From assembly GCA_002633005.1 (NCBI GenBank), contig NMRA01000330.1, positions 124,001 to 188,000 on the forward strand: DNA of 64,000 nt, given 5' to 3'. Position 1 is the stretch's first letter. Each line of letters opens with the position of its first letter. The position numbers and the translations under genes were made by a program. Shown piece by piece: positions 48,348 through 61,792 of this stretch. Source of the DNA: Phoronis australis. Its lineage: Eukaryota; Animalia; Phoronida. The notes under the pieces were generated by a model. It ran no database searches. It was given only the letters and a program-made list of their open reading frames with translations, and was not told the DNA's origin.

Positions 48348-51300
48348 ATGAAGATCTCACATAGCACGTTCCGAAAAAAACCGCACCAATCAGCTCGATA
48401 TCCACGCTGTTGTCCACAGATATCCAATTCGATACTGTCCGCTACCCTGTATCTATTATCAGGAAAATGTTGCTCAAAATATCCCACTGTCAGGTCTCGA
48501 TGCATGAGTTGAGCAGAATACGTTTTGAGGATTGTAAACGGCTATCTTCTTCTCCAATCTTTCAACAGAGAATAGGAACACGTTAGAAAGTAAACCTTCC
48601 AACTTCTGCCAAAACACGACTGATTCTGATTTATTCGTCTGCTAATCACCACTTCAACTTTTCCTCATTAAGACCAATGATTCGCAAACGATGAGTTCTC
48701 ATCTGACGACTTTTGAAGAGTCTGATTAGACGTCCTTCGTTAACCTACGGTTTTATCATTCCATTAATGAGATGAACAGGCTCTACTTCAGCTTAGTATT
48801 TGGTAAACTGCAAACTGTTTGTTTTGACGGGAAATCGAACAGATTTTTTTTCTTGAGCGGTTATTGATTCTTTTATACTAATTTCAATAATAGACACGGG
48901 AAGACCAATCAAGCACGATCGATGATATCGCGAAGGTACATTCATAAATTACCGAGTGATTTTTCTTCACGTGTCGAAATTAAAGTTCCGACGTGTCTCC
49001 GTCGACATAAATCACGATTCGGCAATAAAATTTAATTGGCCAACGTACAGATATTACGCCTGTTAAAATCCGGTGGCGTTCAATCACTTCATTCACTGCT
49101 CTTCAGAACTCAGTCAAATTAAGACATGCATTGATATTATCACAACACGAGAGTATTTCCCGTGACCATGGGAGTCCTTCACGCTTTTGAAACTTGTATC
49201 TTGTCAAGGAATGATGGTCAGTCGTCTGAAATGAATAGAGAAGATACAGGAATGAAATTAACAATCATCCCCTGCAGCAACATTCTTTAGAAGTCTTTTA
49301 TCCACTCCCTTACAAACATCCGAGATCTATTCAAGTAGCATTAGCTGCTCGACTGAAATTTATTGGATAATTTCATTGGAACTCGTGTGACTGACACGTA
49401 ACTCTACACAACAGTTGCGTACAAACCACTTTAGAGTTAAAGTTCATTTCTCGCTTATCCTATACCGGGTGCACGCGCGAACGCACGAGGCGCTAGTACG
49501 TTACAGTGCTCTCCAGTTCCTAATTAAAGTCACGTTTACGCTCCCAGGAGCACGATGGCAGTACACAAACAGTAATACAAAAACACGACCTAATAAACCA
49601 CAGTTCTGCCAATCATACTGGGCAATGGTTTTTGATAGATAACACAAATGGCATCTAGACAAGTCTTGATGCAGCGCAGTCGGTGTATATCTGTAATTAT
49701 AGAAAGACATATTGGTTCCGTCACGATATTCTTGTCTGTCAGTTGAACTGACGCGATAAGGTAATTTTATCAGAACGTTAGAGGAAACACGCAAGGGTTA
49801 AACATAAGGCTCTGTTTACCCTAATTAAGTCTAGTATTGTACGGATGTTAAAGCGTTATTAAAATGACATTGCTCGCTCTACGGTCAAGTACGTGTAATA
49901 TATCGGTGTCCTGGTGTCCTAAGATATTTCTTTGATTTGGAACGAAGTCGCTTTATATAGTACAGTAAATTATACCGTTCGTACCACTTTAAAGATTTAA
50001 ATTGCTTTTACTGAGCTTAGATATCGAATTTGTTGAAGCTCGGTTAACTGTGCTGTTAAAAGCCAGTTTGCTTAATAAAAAGAACGATACACATTTTAAT
50101 ATAATGCGTGACGTACAGTTATATCTATAGTACCATTCATAAAAATGACGGGTCCCATCACTGAACGGTATTCTCAAGTCAGTAACCTTTCGTTGATCTT
50201 CAACCCCCCCCCCCTCCCTCCCGGACGGGCATCCTTACCGACGTACTTACCCAAGCACGTGCATGGATGCTTTAGCGTCATATCGCATAATGAAAACGTC
50301 CCTTCTAGAATATTTGTGATATAAAATTTTCTTCGGAGCCAGAACTCTTTCATGTACTACCTGAGTACAAGTTGAAGAGAAGAGTAAAATTCACAAACCT
50401 CTGGCCCTCGTAACCCGGTAGAAGATTCAGCATAGTCTATATAAAGATGCATGCATAATTCTCCGGTATGTCATCTCTGAGCGCTCATTCAGCAGTTCTT
50501 CTTAGACCTATTGACCCACCAATGACGAGTCGACACTAGCGTCCGCACACAGGCGAACAAGTCATTTGTAGTTTCGGAAGCGATTAAAACGATATCATAA
50601 ATATCTCAGTGTATGTGTGTATTATCATACAAATAAACAAATCCTCCACACGTCGTTTTATGTAAATAACCTCGGGGATCATGCTACCATCTTGAATGCT
50701 GACTCGCTCGGCAAGTTGGATAATTGAACAGCATACTGGTGAAACTAAGAAAACATCGTGTAATGGCCATTTAACACCACGGGCGAATGTTTCGTGGTCA
50801 TCTAAGCCGCCGAATGACTTACAGGTGTTCAGAGGAACACCGGCTCGAAAAGTCACGAGATCCAAATAACACCTTAGGTTGATGTATGTAAAAATCAAAA
50901 CAGTTTTGATGACGGCAGAAATATACGCACACGTAAACGTTAATTTTGAGAGCTATGGCCAATTGCAGTTTAACATGTAACATTCAGTGTTAACCATTTG
51001 CTCGACATCTTGGAACAAACCCTGACCAAGTAGCAATTTCCAATCACATTATGTTTTCGTTTCTCAAATATGCTAACACGTTCTAAACCCTGTCTAACTG
51101 AACCCCACAGCGGTTCACCCCTACCACGTGACCACGTCGACAGGATCTATATCAGAATATGAATATAATTACTCGTAATTCTTCAGGGATGAAGTTCTCA
51201 TCAATCTAAATCGTAGATTTGCGAAGGGTCGTTGGTACTCGTTTCGGGCCACCTAGTTTTTTTCTACCTGCGGCTTACTGTTGGTTTACACGGCAAATTG

Positions 51301-54300
51301 ATTACCGTCTGCTGTAACCTGGTCATAGAATCTCTATCAGACATAGTTAACACGTGTTCCTGATTTGCACCACGGCCAACGGAAATCGGGATTTGTACAC
51401 AGGGCATTTTTGTAATCTGAGATGCATCAAATATTCATCGATCTAGATTTATAATGTCGAGTATTTCTGAATCCCAGTGTTTAATAATTATAGCCCACTT
51501 CGTCGGTTTGGAGGCGAACACGAAACTGGTGTTTATTCTTCGCACCTACGGGTCAGCAACTTCCCAACCCTTACTTCGAAAAAACGTTTTAAGTTACATA
51601 TCAATGATCTTGCGTTGAGCTGCAAGTGCAATGAGATCGTAACGCGACGTGTACACTTCCACGTTGATAATTAGTCAGAATTTTTTTTCCTATTTTAATG
51701 TGACGCAATCGACAGGGCGAGAAAGGTTCCTTTTTGAAATCAGTCCCAGGCCATATTCAAACTCACTGACAACCTCAGCGATCGCAGTCTGACTCTTTAC
51801 TAGCGGAGGTAAATCCCACACGGGAGGGTAGCCCATCACCTGATAATGGCAACGACTTTGATTTCGTTAAATGACTAGCAGACAACTGTTAGATCTTTAA
51901 CAAAATCACAAAAACAGCGAATTTTGCTGTTTTCTAGATTAGGCCAAACTTAATAACTCCAAAAGGTGTATCCCATACAACAATAATCCTAAACGTCATT
52001 TCCAGAAAATAAACCGATTATGCCCCTTTAAAGGCTTGAAAAGATGACAGAATGCCTTAATTCAAGGTCTACTATCTTGTAAGCGACTACAAAAAAATTA
52101 CTATACTAAACTTTATTAGTGTGTTAAGGTTCTTAGAAACACTTACGGACCTGCCCTTCCACGTCAGTGCGGATGAAATGTATTATGTCACGGTCCGTAT
52201 ATTCACATGTGTCCTTCAACGAGAAAATTCGGAATAACTTTTATGCGGCCTTTCAGCGTGAATGCGACCACATGACTATCTGGAGCATCATTTGAACTCT
52301 AGATTTAGTTCATTTTCAAAGTGATATTTATAAACCGTTCGGTTCAACCCTTAAGGGCATTCAACATTCACGTACTATATGAAAAGTCAGTACATATATG
52401 TGGAAATTAGGTAAGGGTTCGTGGCATTCAATATTCCGCTTGGTTAAATATTGACCGATTACTCCTGGGCTAAATGAAATGATAAAAACAGACTCTATAC
52501 CACGAAATTATCCAAATATATCAATTAGATATTCAACTCAAGACTTCAAAAAAATTCGCTATTTAGAATGGCACTTATTTGCAAGGTAATGCTATCAGTT
52601 TCATCATTCTTTAGTCTGTGAGGATTAAATTACGCGCTAGGGCTTTGGATGGATTTTAGTAACGAAACGAAACCAGGCTAAAAAGAGTTACCTTTGTTTA
52701 TGAATGACACTCTGTCTACAGTGCTTGTCCACTCGGCCTCTCCCATCACGGAATTAAGTTCAGTTTACCTCCTTAGCTACGATGTAGATATAATGATCCA
52801 TCAAAGTGGGCACCGAGACTTGATACAAAAGCCTGGAGGGTTTTTTAAATTCTCTTAATTTACCGACTTAAAAGAGCTATCTTTCATGATGAACGTTTCG
52901 CTGGTGGAGTAGATGTCATCTTGTTTCAATTATAATTTGACCGTAGGCGTCAGCCTGTTATAAAGTTAGAATTATGACTAACGACCATCGTAAACACGAG
53001 ATTGAAGAAACGTGAATAGGCTTGTGGGTCAAAGCCTGTTTCATTATGTAGGTTATTTAAAAATACACTTTCCACTTTTTTCAGTTAAAAACTTCGTAAA
53101 AAGAATTTCAACGTAAACCAATTCAGTTTATATTTACTAAAAGCGACCCTCTTTCAAAGGAACTCATTAAAACAGAATATAAGTATAATTTTTCAATTGA
53201 GGATTTTTATTTTCTGTAGGTGCACCGACAAAATGGCCACCACAGTTGAATGTCTCTGTATTTCATATTTTGCAAATTGTCATTGAAACGCAAACAGGCA
53301 GGGTTGTAACGCAATGACGAAACGTTCCTCTTTGAGTGATACATGTATCTCTCCAGAAATGAAACTCTTTCAGTGTTCTAAACCGAAGGCAAGAAGGCCT
53401 TTAAATCCCGAAACTGAAAAAATCGCAATTAATGTTTGCAGTGGAAGAAAATAAGGAAATTTTTGAGTAATCCCACGTGAACTAATAACATAAAATGTGA
53501 ATGAGGCTCTCCTAATGCATAAAATACTATTAACGAAGAGCTCGCTTTTTGTGCTCTGCGTTGATACAAGCCGTGTTCTGTAACCGGGTCAAATCTCTGT
53601 ACTCGAAACTCTACTCGAAGATTATACATGGTACGCTTCGAACGAATATAATGCAAATTTGTAATCTTATCATGCGGCGTGATTGGTTGATTTTCGATTC
53701 TGTGTGAGACGGAGTCGTGTCCGAGTTAGGATCAAAATTAGACCCTGGGTCCTGGGTAAAGTTTAGTAACGCTAACGTATCGCGAGATTCCCGGAGATAT
53801 CGCCGCGTATTTTCAATGAGAGCACGTGATTTTGGCTAGATTTTTCTCGCCGCGAGACGTAAACTCGACCCAGGTCTTAAAAAAATATGCGCTCTTCATG
53901 AGTATGTTAATTACTCTTTTTAAGCAACGTCACTGCATTAGTAAATAGCCCTGAATTCCCCGGTAGCCATATTGCCCTTACGTAAAATATTTTATAACAA
54001 ATTTTACCCAAATAAAAATTTGTTTTAGGACAGAAGGCGCTGCGCGGGGTTGGTTTTTAATGAAAGTAAAGCCAAGTTCGCTTGTGCCATCTCTGGAAAC
54101 AATTTCCAAAACTATGACGTCACGTTTGACTTCGCCTTTGTTGTGGTGCACCATTATTATAACGGGCTCCGCGTGTACACTGTCTGTTCTTACTGTAGCA
54201 AGTTTTCGCTGCTTTTGTATTTTGTCGCAAATTTAGAAAGAGTAATAATATTTTGTTGTGTAAAAATTTAGAACGTAATTTAATTACTTATGCTTTGACA

Positions 54301-56808
54301 ATATTTCAAACACTGAGTTGGCGCATTTGGATGACATCCAGGCACGACAAGCTGCCTGGTGCGATACGTCAACACAAGACACCTGCCAAGCACTTGTGGC
54401 GAGAAATATTATTCCATATATCAACATTACAAGCTCACCAACCAGTCATTTTAGTGGCCAAAGTTTGTTCGGTTGCGTAAGTACGCTTTCAAGTATGCTC
54501 GCGAAACACTCGCCTTTCACTCGCGTGATTTTGCGTGGTTTTGTGTAATCTTGCTTTTCTCGCAAGAAACTTGGTCAACGGAACGCACCCTTGGATAAAG
54601 GCGGTGGCCGGGTTCAAACTTTCTTTGGCATAAGTTCTCTAGTGCTGTAATGCAAAGGGTAAACCATTGGCGTGATGGTAAGTGACAAGAACCTAACCAT
54701 ACATACTTATGAAACACTTATCGGATGTAAGAGCAGTGAATGAATTACCTCTATGAGAAGAGGGATGCATTACACCGCTAATCCGGAGACAGGCCTATTC
54801 AACAAGCGTGCAGTGAATCCCCTCACAAAACACGTGCTGGATTGTGTATTGGACACTTCACAATTAATCTTGATCGTCATTTATAAGAATACACATAAGG
54901 ACAAAAGGATCAAGTTTGTTCGATCAGACAGCAGTGTAAATGACCACGTCTCGAGTGTCGTCAGTCATGCCGCCTTTATCTCGTCGCGCGGTTAATCAAA
55001 TGACTGCGTGTCAATTACAGTTTCCCCACAAACATAAACTCATACGATAAATCATAGAAATTTTATTTGAAATTGTAAAAACTAAGGTGAACATTGACCC
55101 AAGCTCAAGGTTTTCAAGAAAGGTCGAGTTTTGAGGCAGTTCACGGTAAATTTCCTAACAAGATGGCTTCCATGTCAAACAAGTACAGTAAATGAAAAGT
55201 GGTTTGGGGGAACAAAATGACGACATCGCCGACTTAAATCATTTCATCATTTGTCTCCAATGTCGAAATTATAAGCACACAATAATCAGCATGGATTAGT
55301 TGGGATACCGAAGACAACACAAAGATGTAAAATTGGTCACACCAAGGCCAAATCATGCCCATCTCCTGATTGGCTGAAAACCAACACTCACTCGAGCGGA
55401 CCAAAGAGTGCATGCGTGCAGCCAAAAACTAAAATTCCGTAATATTTGCACCATTCACTACTTGCTGGGGCACAAAATGTTTTATTGGATATCTGACTAC
55501 TATATATCTTGAAGAACTCACATTATTTGACGAATTTGTCTTCAGTAAGTTCCGTTGTCAATGTTGATAGTATATACACTGAAGGCCGATGGAATATTTT
55601 GTTCTCGTTTTATTCGAGATCCAGTGATAACAGAATTCTAATCGGGCGTCCTGGTCGGACTCGTAAATCAGTCGAAACGCAAGTGCTGCCCGACGGTGTT
55701 GTCCAAGAGCTAAGTATTCATATACTAGGGCTCTTCGTTGATGTTCTGTAAGAAAAAAATTTCCACAAACCCCTGGATGAATTGTTCCGTCATTCATTGT
55801 TGGAATAGGTTCGCCGGATAGATGGTTTCAATCGCCATCTAGTGTCACGTCGTACGAGCGCTATCATGAACCGGGCATGTCTCATCACCGGGCATGTCTC
55901 TCAGCGCGTAGTTTGGAATATTGTTGTGTTTAATCTTGCAACTTGCAATAGATTTTAATAAAGGCTGGGGAAAAACGCAGCCTACTATACAATACATTCA
56001 CCCGGTATTGAGTGCATGCACTCCACTCGGGGGTGGCTCAAACTAGATGTTCGTGGAGATTACCACCCGTGTTTGTACAGATGTAGTCATGGCCTAGAGT
56101 TTCTTTTGTGACAAAATTCAACCAATAAGCCAGGTTCATAATAGACATACCAGGACCATATAGTGCCAATGGCAGTCCTACCTCTATAAAGTCAGAGCTA
56201 ATTTTGGCAAATATTCCTTTTACTACTCTGGTGGTCTGTTATGGAGCCATCTCAATTCAGCTGTCCACTGCAGTGAATATTCATAGGCATATTTAAATCC
56301 TGGTACCTGTGTAATGTTTAATTGTATGGTCCCTCACTTTCTTTTTCATATTTTTTATTCCATTTTTAATGATGTGTTTTTTTTCTATTGCCAATTTGTT
56401 AGCAAGATTTTCAATGTTATATTTCGTATCAGGATCCTATAGGAGAACAGCATTACGATGAATAAGTTTTATCCTGAATAAATTTATCTAAATACTGTAA
56501 TTCTTAAATTAAAACAAGGATTGTCTAAAGACTGAAAAGGCCACGTGTGAATTTGTCACTGCATAATGTTGCACGAATTTGTGTACTGCAGTCACCGGCA
56601 AAAAGGCAACAACTAAGTGAACCCACAGGCCTGCGGAGACCATTTTGCGGAACACCTCATTGGAAATATTGCCCTCGTTGATATGATTGTCGCACGTACT
56701 GGGCGAACAACACAAAAGACATTTACTGGTTGAATAACGAGACGGTGACTAATGGAAACTAGTGGAAGTTAACGGTTCTACACCAGAACCTGAATATCTA
56801 CGTGTATA

Positions 56809-56960
56809 CATGGGCAGCGCAGCACTGATAACAGTGGGGGCTAAAGCCCCCTCAGAATCCCTGTGGTGCACCGCCTATAGACCATGTGAGGCGTGGCACT
56901 GAAAAAAGTGGGGGCTATAGCCACCCCCCCCCCCCAGCCCCCTATGGTGCGCCGCCCTTG
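56809..56960. mobile_element. MITE, CATGGGCGGCG family, 5-bp TSD
   Basis: Ends CATGGGCAGCG and CGCCGCCCTTG; TSD GTATA on both sides. Confidence 0.75.
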
Positions 56961-58532
56961 GTATAGCAAAATATTTAAAAAAACTACGGACTTAAATCCT
57001 GTAAAATAATACATTTTCTGAAAATAGAAAGCCTGTAGAATTCGATTTTTGAAATTTCACGAGTCTGACATTAATTAGGTCTCGTGACCAGGTGTTTTTA
57101 GTAAAATTTAGCAAAAAAAAAACAAAGTGCCTTCATGATAAGACAAAGGTACCAATAACGTGATCAAATTTAGACGAATTTCAAAAACGCAGTTTTCTAA
57201 GATATCACATCGTTTTCGCTTTATGCAACTTTTTCGTGAAAATCATAAATAAAGTCCTATTTTTTGATAGTCCCTCACGCAAAAGTGAAACATTTGAAAA
57301 ATAATTATTAAAATAGTTTTGGAGAACAGTGCAAGCGGCATATTATCTAATAGTTTCATCTGAATCCAACCAGCCATCTGAGATACGATGTTCCGAAGTT
57401 AACTAAATTTATAATTTTTCTAGAAATTTAGAATAACCGACGCGTGAAAGATGAATACCGGCGAGAAGTGAAGGCGCATAAAAGGCAGTAATGTCTTTCT
57501 CTTACCTGCGGGTCGCAATCAAAATCGTAATAGTCCCCTGGTGGTTTGTTATACAAGCTCTGCATATTTAGAAACGTAACATGCAAAATAAGGAATTTCA
57601 AGTGACAAATCCTTTGATCAAAAGAATTTTAGAGTTGTTACTCCATCAAAGGAATTTGAATTAGTTATTTTCAGCGAAATTATTCAATCAATGGAAACAA
57701 AAAAACACGTGGTTTCACCAATTTATTGCATACTAGATTCAGTTTAGAGTTTGCACATTTTGCAACCGCACCAGGAGCCTGGTGGAACGAATTGTTTTTT
57801 ACAATACCGTGTACCTTGGAATGACACCACGAACTCGTTTTTTTAATTTGAAAGAATAGTAACCTATCACGAACAAACATCAACGACATCAGTTAAGTTG
57901 AAAAAGTAAGACAAAAATTGCGCAACACTAGTATTTGCAAGATCTGTGTTCTCTTGTTTTCTTTCGCTTTTATCTACCTTTGTGCGACTCGACCCTTAGC
58001 TCCGCTCAATGACTTTCATCGCCAACTCACACCTTGTTTTTCTATGTTGGAACGTCGTTTCGAGGACCCACCTTGATAATGACAGTTGGCCATGACCCGC
58101 TTTGTGGCTACTCAATGAGGTGTGGTCTACGTTGACAACCATACCTCATTTAATGTTCATTGTCCCGTTAACAAAGTTTATCCTACGATGGTATCGAATC
58201 TTTAAAAATAACAGATTTATTGTTTAACACGAAGGAGCAGGGTCCTTTCAGTGGGTTATATCTGATTGCAAGATCTCGTACTATGACTGTTGTTATGGAG
58301 TGAGTCTTCTGGCAGCCATTGTTGAAGAGAACAGTTAATGAATTCAAAACATAGCGAGAATTATTAAAATGGTACGAGTATAACCGCGGCTACATTTCTC
58401 CCGTGTTTAAACGGAAAGTAACTCTACGTCCACGGAAAGTAACTCTACGTCCAAATATCAAAATTCACAAAATTCGGTTAATTAGTGAACTCATAAAGCG
58501 TAAATAATCAATGTTTTGATGTCGTGTTTATA

Positions 58533-58576
58533 ATGATGATGATGATGACGATGATGACGATGACGACGATGATGAC

Positions 58577-58611
<35 letters not shown>
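58533..58611. repeat. (GAT/GAC)n microsatellite
   Basis: Directly visible; runs into the N gap. Confidence 0.95.
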
Positions 58612-59596
58612 NNNNNNNNNNNNNNNNNNNNNNNNNNNNNNNNNNNNNNNNNNNNNNNNNNNNNNNNNNNNNNNNNNNNNNNNNNNNNNNNNNNNNNNNN
58701 NNNNNNNNNNNNNNNNNNNNNNNNNNNNNNNNNNNNNNNNNNNNNNNNNNNNNNNNNNNNNNNNNNNNNNNNNNNNNNNNNNNNNNNNNNNNNNNNNNNN
58801 NNNNNNNNNNNNNNNNNNNNNNNNNNNNNNNNNNNNNNNNNNNNNNNNNNNNNNNNNNNNNNNNNNNNNNNNNNNNNNNNNNNNNNNNNNNNNNNNNNNN
58901 NNNNNNNNNNNNNNNNNNNNNNNNNNNNNNNNNNNNNNNNNNNNNNNNNNNNNNNNNNNNNNNNNNNNNNNNNNNNNNNNNNNNNNNNNNNNNNNNNNNN
59001 NNNNNNNNNNNNNNNNNNNNNNNNNNNNNNNNNNNNNNNNNNNNNNNNNNNNNNNNNNNNNNNNNNNNNNNNNNNNNNNNNNNNNNNNNNNNNNNNNNNN
59101 NNNNNNNNNNNNNNNNNNNNNNNNNNNNNNNNNNNNNNNNNNNNNNNNNNNNNNNNNNNNNNNNNNNNNNNNNNNNNNNNNNNNNNNNNNNNNNNNNNNN
59201 NNNNNNNNNNNNNNNNNNNNNNNNNNNNNNNNNNNNNNNNNNNNNNNNNNNNNNNNNNNNNNNNNNNNNNNNNNNNNNNNNNNNNNNNNNNNNNNNNNNN
59301 NNNNNNNNNNNNNNNNNNNNNNNNNNNNNNNNNNNNNNNNNNNNNNNNNNNNNNNNNNNNNNNNNNNNNNNNNNNNNNNNNNNNNNNNNNNNNNNNNNNN
59401 NNNNNNNNNNNNNNNNNNNNNNNNNNNNNNNNNNNNNNNNNNNNNNNNNNNNNNNNNNNNNNNNNNNNNNNNNNNNNNNNNNNNNNNNNNNNNNNNNNNN
59501 NNNNNNNNNNNNNNNNNNNNNNNNNNNNNNNNNNNNNNNNNNNNNNNNNNNNNNNNNNNNNNNNNNNNNNNNNNNNNNNNNNNNNNNNNNNNNNNN
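58612..59596. other. Assembly gap (Ns)
   Basis: Run of N. A smaller gap lies at 20397-20445 and single n at 3343, 8582 and 38985. Confidence 0.99.
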
Positions 59597-59754
59597 ATGG
59601 GGGGGAGGTCGGGAGGGGGGGGGGGGTTTGCCAGGAAAATTTTCTGTTTTTACCTTTAAAAATCAAGCAATTTCCTTGATTCCTGAAGTATTATCCAAGA
59701 AAAAAAGGAAAAAAAGAAACACGGAGAACGTGTCAAACAGGAAAAACTGCACGT

Positions 59755-59810
59755 AACACAGACTCAAACTGGCGGATAGAGCGCGCGTGCGTTACCACTA
59801 CACCACCACG
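59755..59810 (-). mobile_element. Possible tRNA-derived SINE head
   Basis: Minus strand GGTGGTGTAGTGGTAA (A-box-like) followed by GTTTGAGTC (B-box-like); no full cloverleaf. Confidence 0.3.
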
Positions 59811-60564
59811 ATTTCACTACTAATCTCATCTTAAGAGACCTACTTGTTTATGGTCCACAGCGTTTGCGCGCGAAACCTACTTCTTTGTGTAATGCTTCTT
59901 ACACGTTTTATATTTTGTGCCATCAATTCTTAACAAATTTGTCGTATTTAAAATAGTCTTCAAATGCCCAAAAGACTAAATCCGTTTTTCGTGACGGGAT
60001 TGCTTTGGAAATCGTCTTAAGATAAGGTTTGACAAAAAGAGTATTGCGAGTTTCTGAGTGATTCACTAAGGACCCCCTAAATTCGCCTATGTAGACTGGG
60101 GGGGGGCTCGAAAAAGGGACCCATTTGTAAGGAACCCCAGTCTGTGAAAAAGTCTTCCTTTAATAGGGTTTTGTTCAATCAACTCGCTCTCAGTTTCTTT
60201 GGGTCGTCATTCTTGGACAAGACACCTGGAACAGTACAAGAAGAGATACTACATTGCCAAAAATAAGTACATATTTTGTTGCTCTCATAGTGTCGGTAGT
60301 TCTGAAAGTCATCCATTGATTCGCCGGGCTTTATAATATTCCCATAACGGGTGCCATAGACGCTGCATTTATTTAATCAGATTTAACTAAAAAATCTTCT
60401 GCACTTTTTTGTAAGCCAGCGACCTTTCTGTTGCAGAAATGAACCCTTCCATCTAATGAACCCTCTCGAAGAAAATTTAATCTTAAAAATATCCTTCAGT
60501 TTCAATGCGATCGGGCCGGGCCCAAGTGATGAAATGTCCCAATAAGTTGATAAAAACAGTGATG

Positions 60565-60608
60565 GCTTGACATGTGTCGGCGTCCATTGAAACACCATCC
60601 TCAGAAGC
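60565..60608 (-). ncRNA. Degenerate minimal hammerhead ribozyme motif (Penelope pLTR)
   Basis: GCTT-CTGAGGA-TGGTGTTTCAATGGACGCC-GACA-CATG-TC-AAGC; the GAAA core reads GACA. Confidence 0.5.
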
Positions 60609-61279
60609 AAAAATAATGGCCACCTTGTTAGACCCAACAACAAGTAATGATGCAAAGACAAGGTCAGTTACAGGGGAGTATAACAGTAAACTAGGCTAAC
60701 AATAACGACCCCTGGTGTGCCAGTTGCCTATTGAGACTCGGCTTACACCATTTGATATGTAGAGGCTCACGAATTTTTAGCTCCCTTGTTGTTTCTGCTT
60801 GGTCAATTACAGCAAAGTCATTGAAAGACCATTGCTCATAACAATGACTGGAGCTCTGTAAAGGAATATTAATACATGAACTTCTGTCAGAATTTAGATG
60901 TTCCCTGGTCCGGGTTTTCAAATGGCGAATAGTTTGCCAATATAACTGGAACCACATCCAGCACAAAAAAGTTCTACACTACTTTAGACCATAGACCCAT
61001 AGGAATTTTGTCCTTAGCGTTTTATATAAATTAGACAGTTTTAAAGACTTAAATGTTAACACAGTAATAATTCACCAATTTGTTGAGTTTTCGTTGAGCA
61101 ATCTTGGCAAAAAAATCAACAGAGTGTTTTAGAATAATTGCACTTAGTATTGTTTACAGGTCTAATATCATCTGGGTTACGTTCTAGTCTTGCTTTCAGT
61201 ACCCTATTTACTAGTTCAAACGGAAGTCCATTCTTTTGCAAATTTGATGTAAGGTCCATCAGAAGGTGGCCAGTGCTTT

Positions 61280-61324
61280 GCTTCTGAAGATGGACTAATT
61301 AGTTAACGCCGAAACATGTCAAGC
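61280..61324 (+). ncRNA. Minimal type I hammerhead ribozyme motif (inverted pLTR)
   Basis: GCTT-CTGAAGA-TGGACTAATTAGTTAACGCC-GAAA-CATG-TC-AAGC; intact CUGANGA, GAAA and UH core, palindromic stem III, imperfect stem II. Confidence 0.6.
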
Positions 61325-61352
61325 CGATTTAATCCATCGTTCTTTTTATCAG

Positions 61353-61792
61353 TATATACAGCTACTTGCTATCATGTCTATATATACAGCTACTTGCTAT
61401 CACGTCCCTATATATACAGCTACATGCTATCATGTCCCTATATATACAGCTATGACTTGCTATCGTGTCCCTATATATATATATATATACGGCTACTTGC
61501 TATCACGTCCCTATATATGCAGCTACTTGCTATCATGTCCCTATATATGCAGCTACTTGCTATCACGTCCCTATATATACAGCTACTTGCTATCCCGTCC
61601 CTGTATATACAGCTACTTGCTATCATGTCCCTATATATACAGCTACTTGCTATCCCGTCCCTATATATATGCAACTACTTGCTATAACGTTCCTATATAT
61701 GCAGCTACTTGATATCACGTCCCTATATATATGCAGCTACTTGATATCACGTCCCTATATATATGCAGCTACTTGCTATCACGTCTCTATAT
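61353..61792. repeat. ~30-bp minisatellite (TATATATACAGCTACTTGCTATCAYGTCCC) x~14
   Basis: Directly visible tandem units with a variable TA run. Confidence 0.92.

Larger units (their letters stand above)
60540..61350 (-). mobile_element. Penelope-like element remnant (GIY-YIG endonuclease end) with inverted pseudo-LTR sequence
   Basis: Broken frames read KIAQRKLNKLV...KDKIPMGLWSKVV...CAGCGSSYIG/TIRHLKTRTREHL...ELKIREPLHIKWCKPSLNRQ. Related pLTR segments flank it in opposite orientations. Confidence 0.85.

Noticed and set aside
55558-57566. Candidate minus-strand exons (donor near 57505, acceptor near 55746)
   Set aside because: They do not join into a convincing frame or a recognisable protein; they could be UTR or non-coding exons.
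58491-59756. 391-aa and 410-aa ORFs with poly-His or poly-Met
   Set aside because: They consist of a microsatellite plus the N gap.
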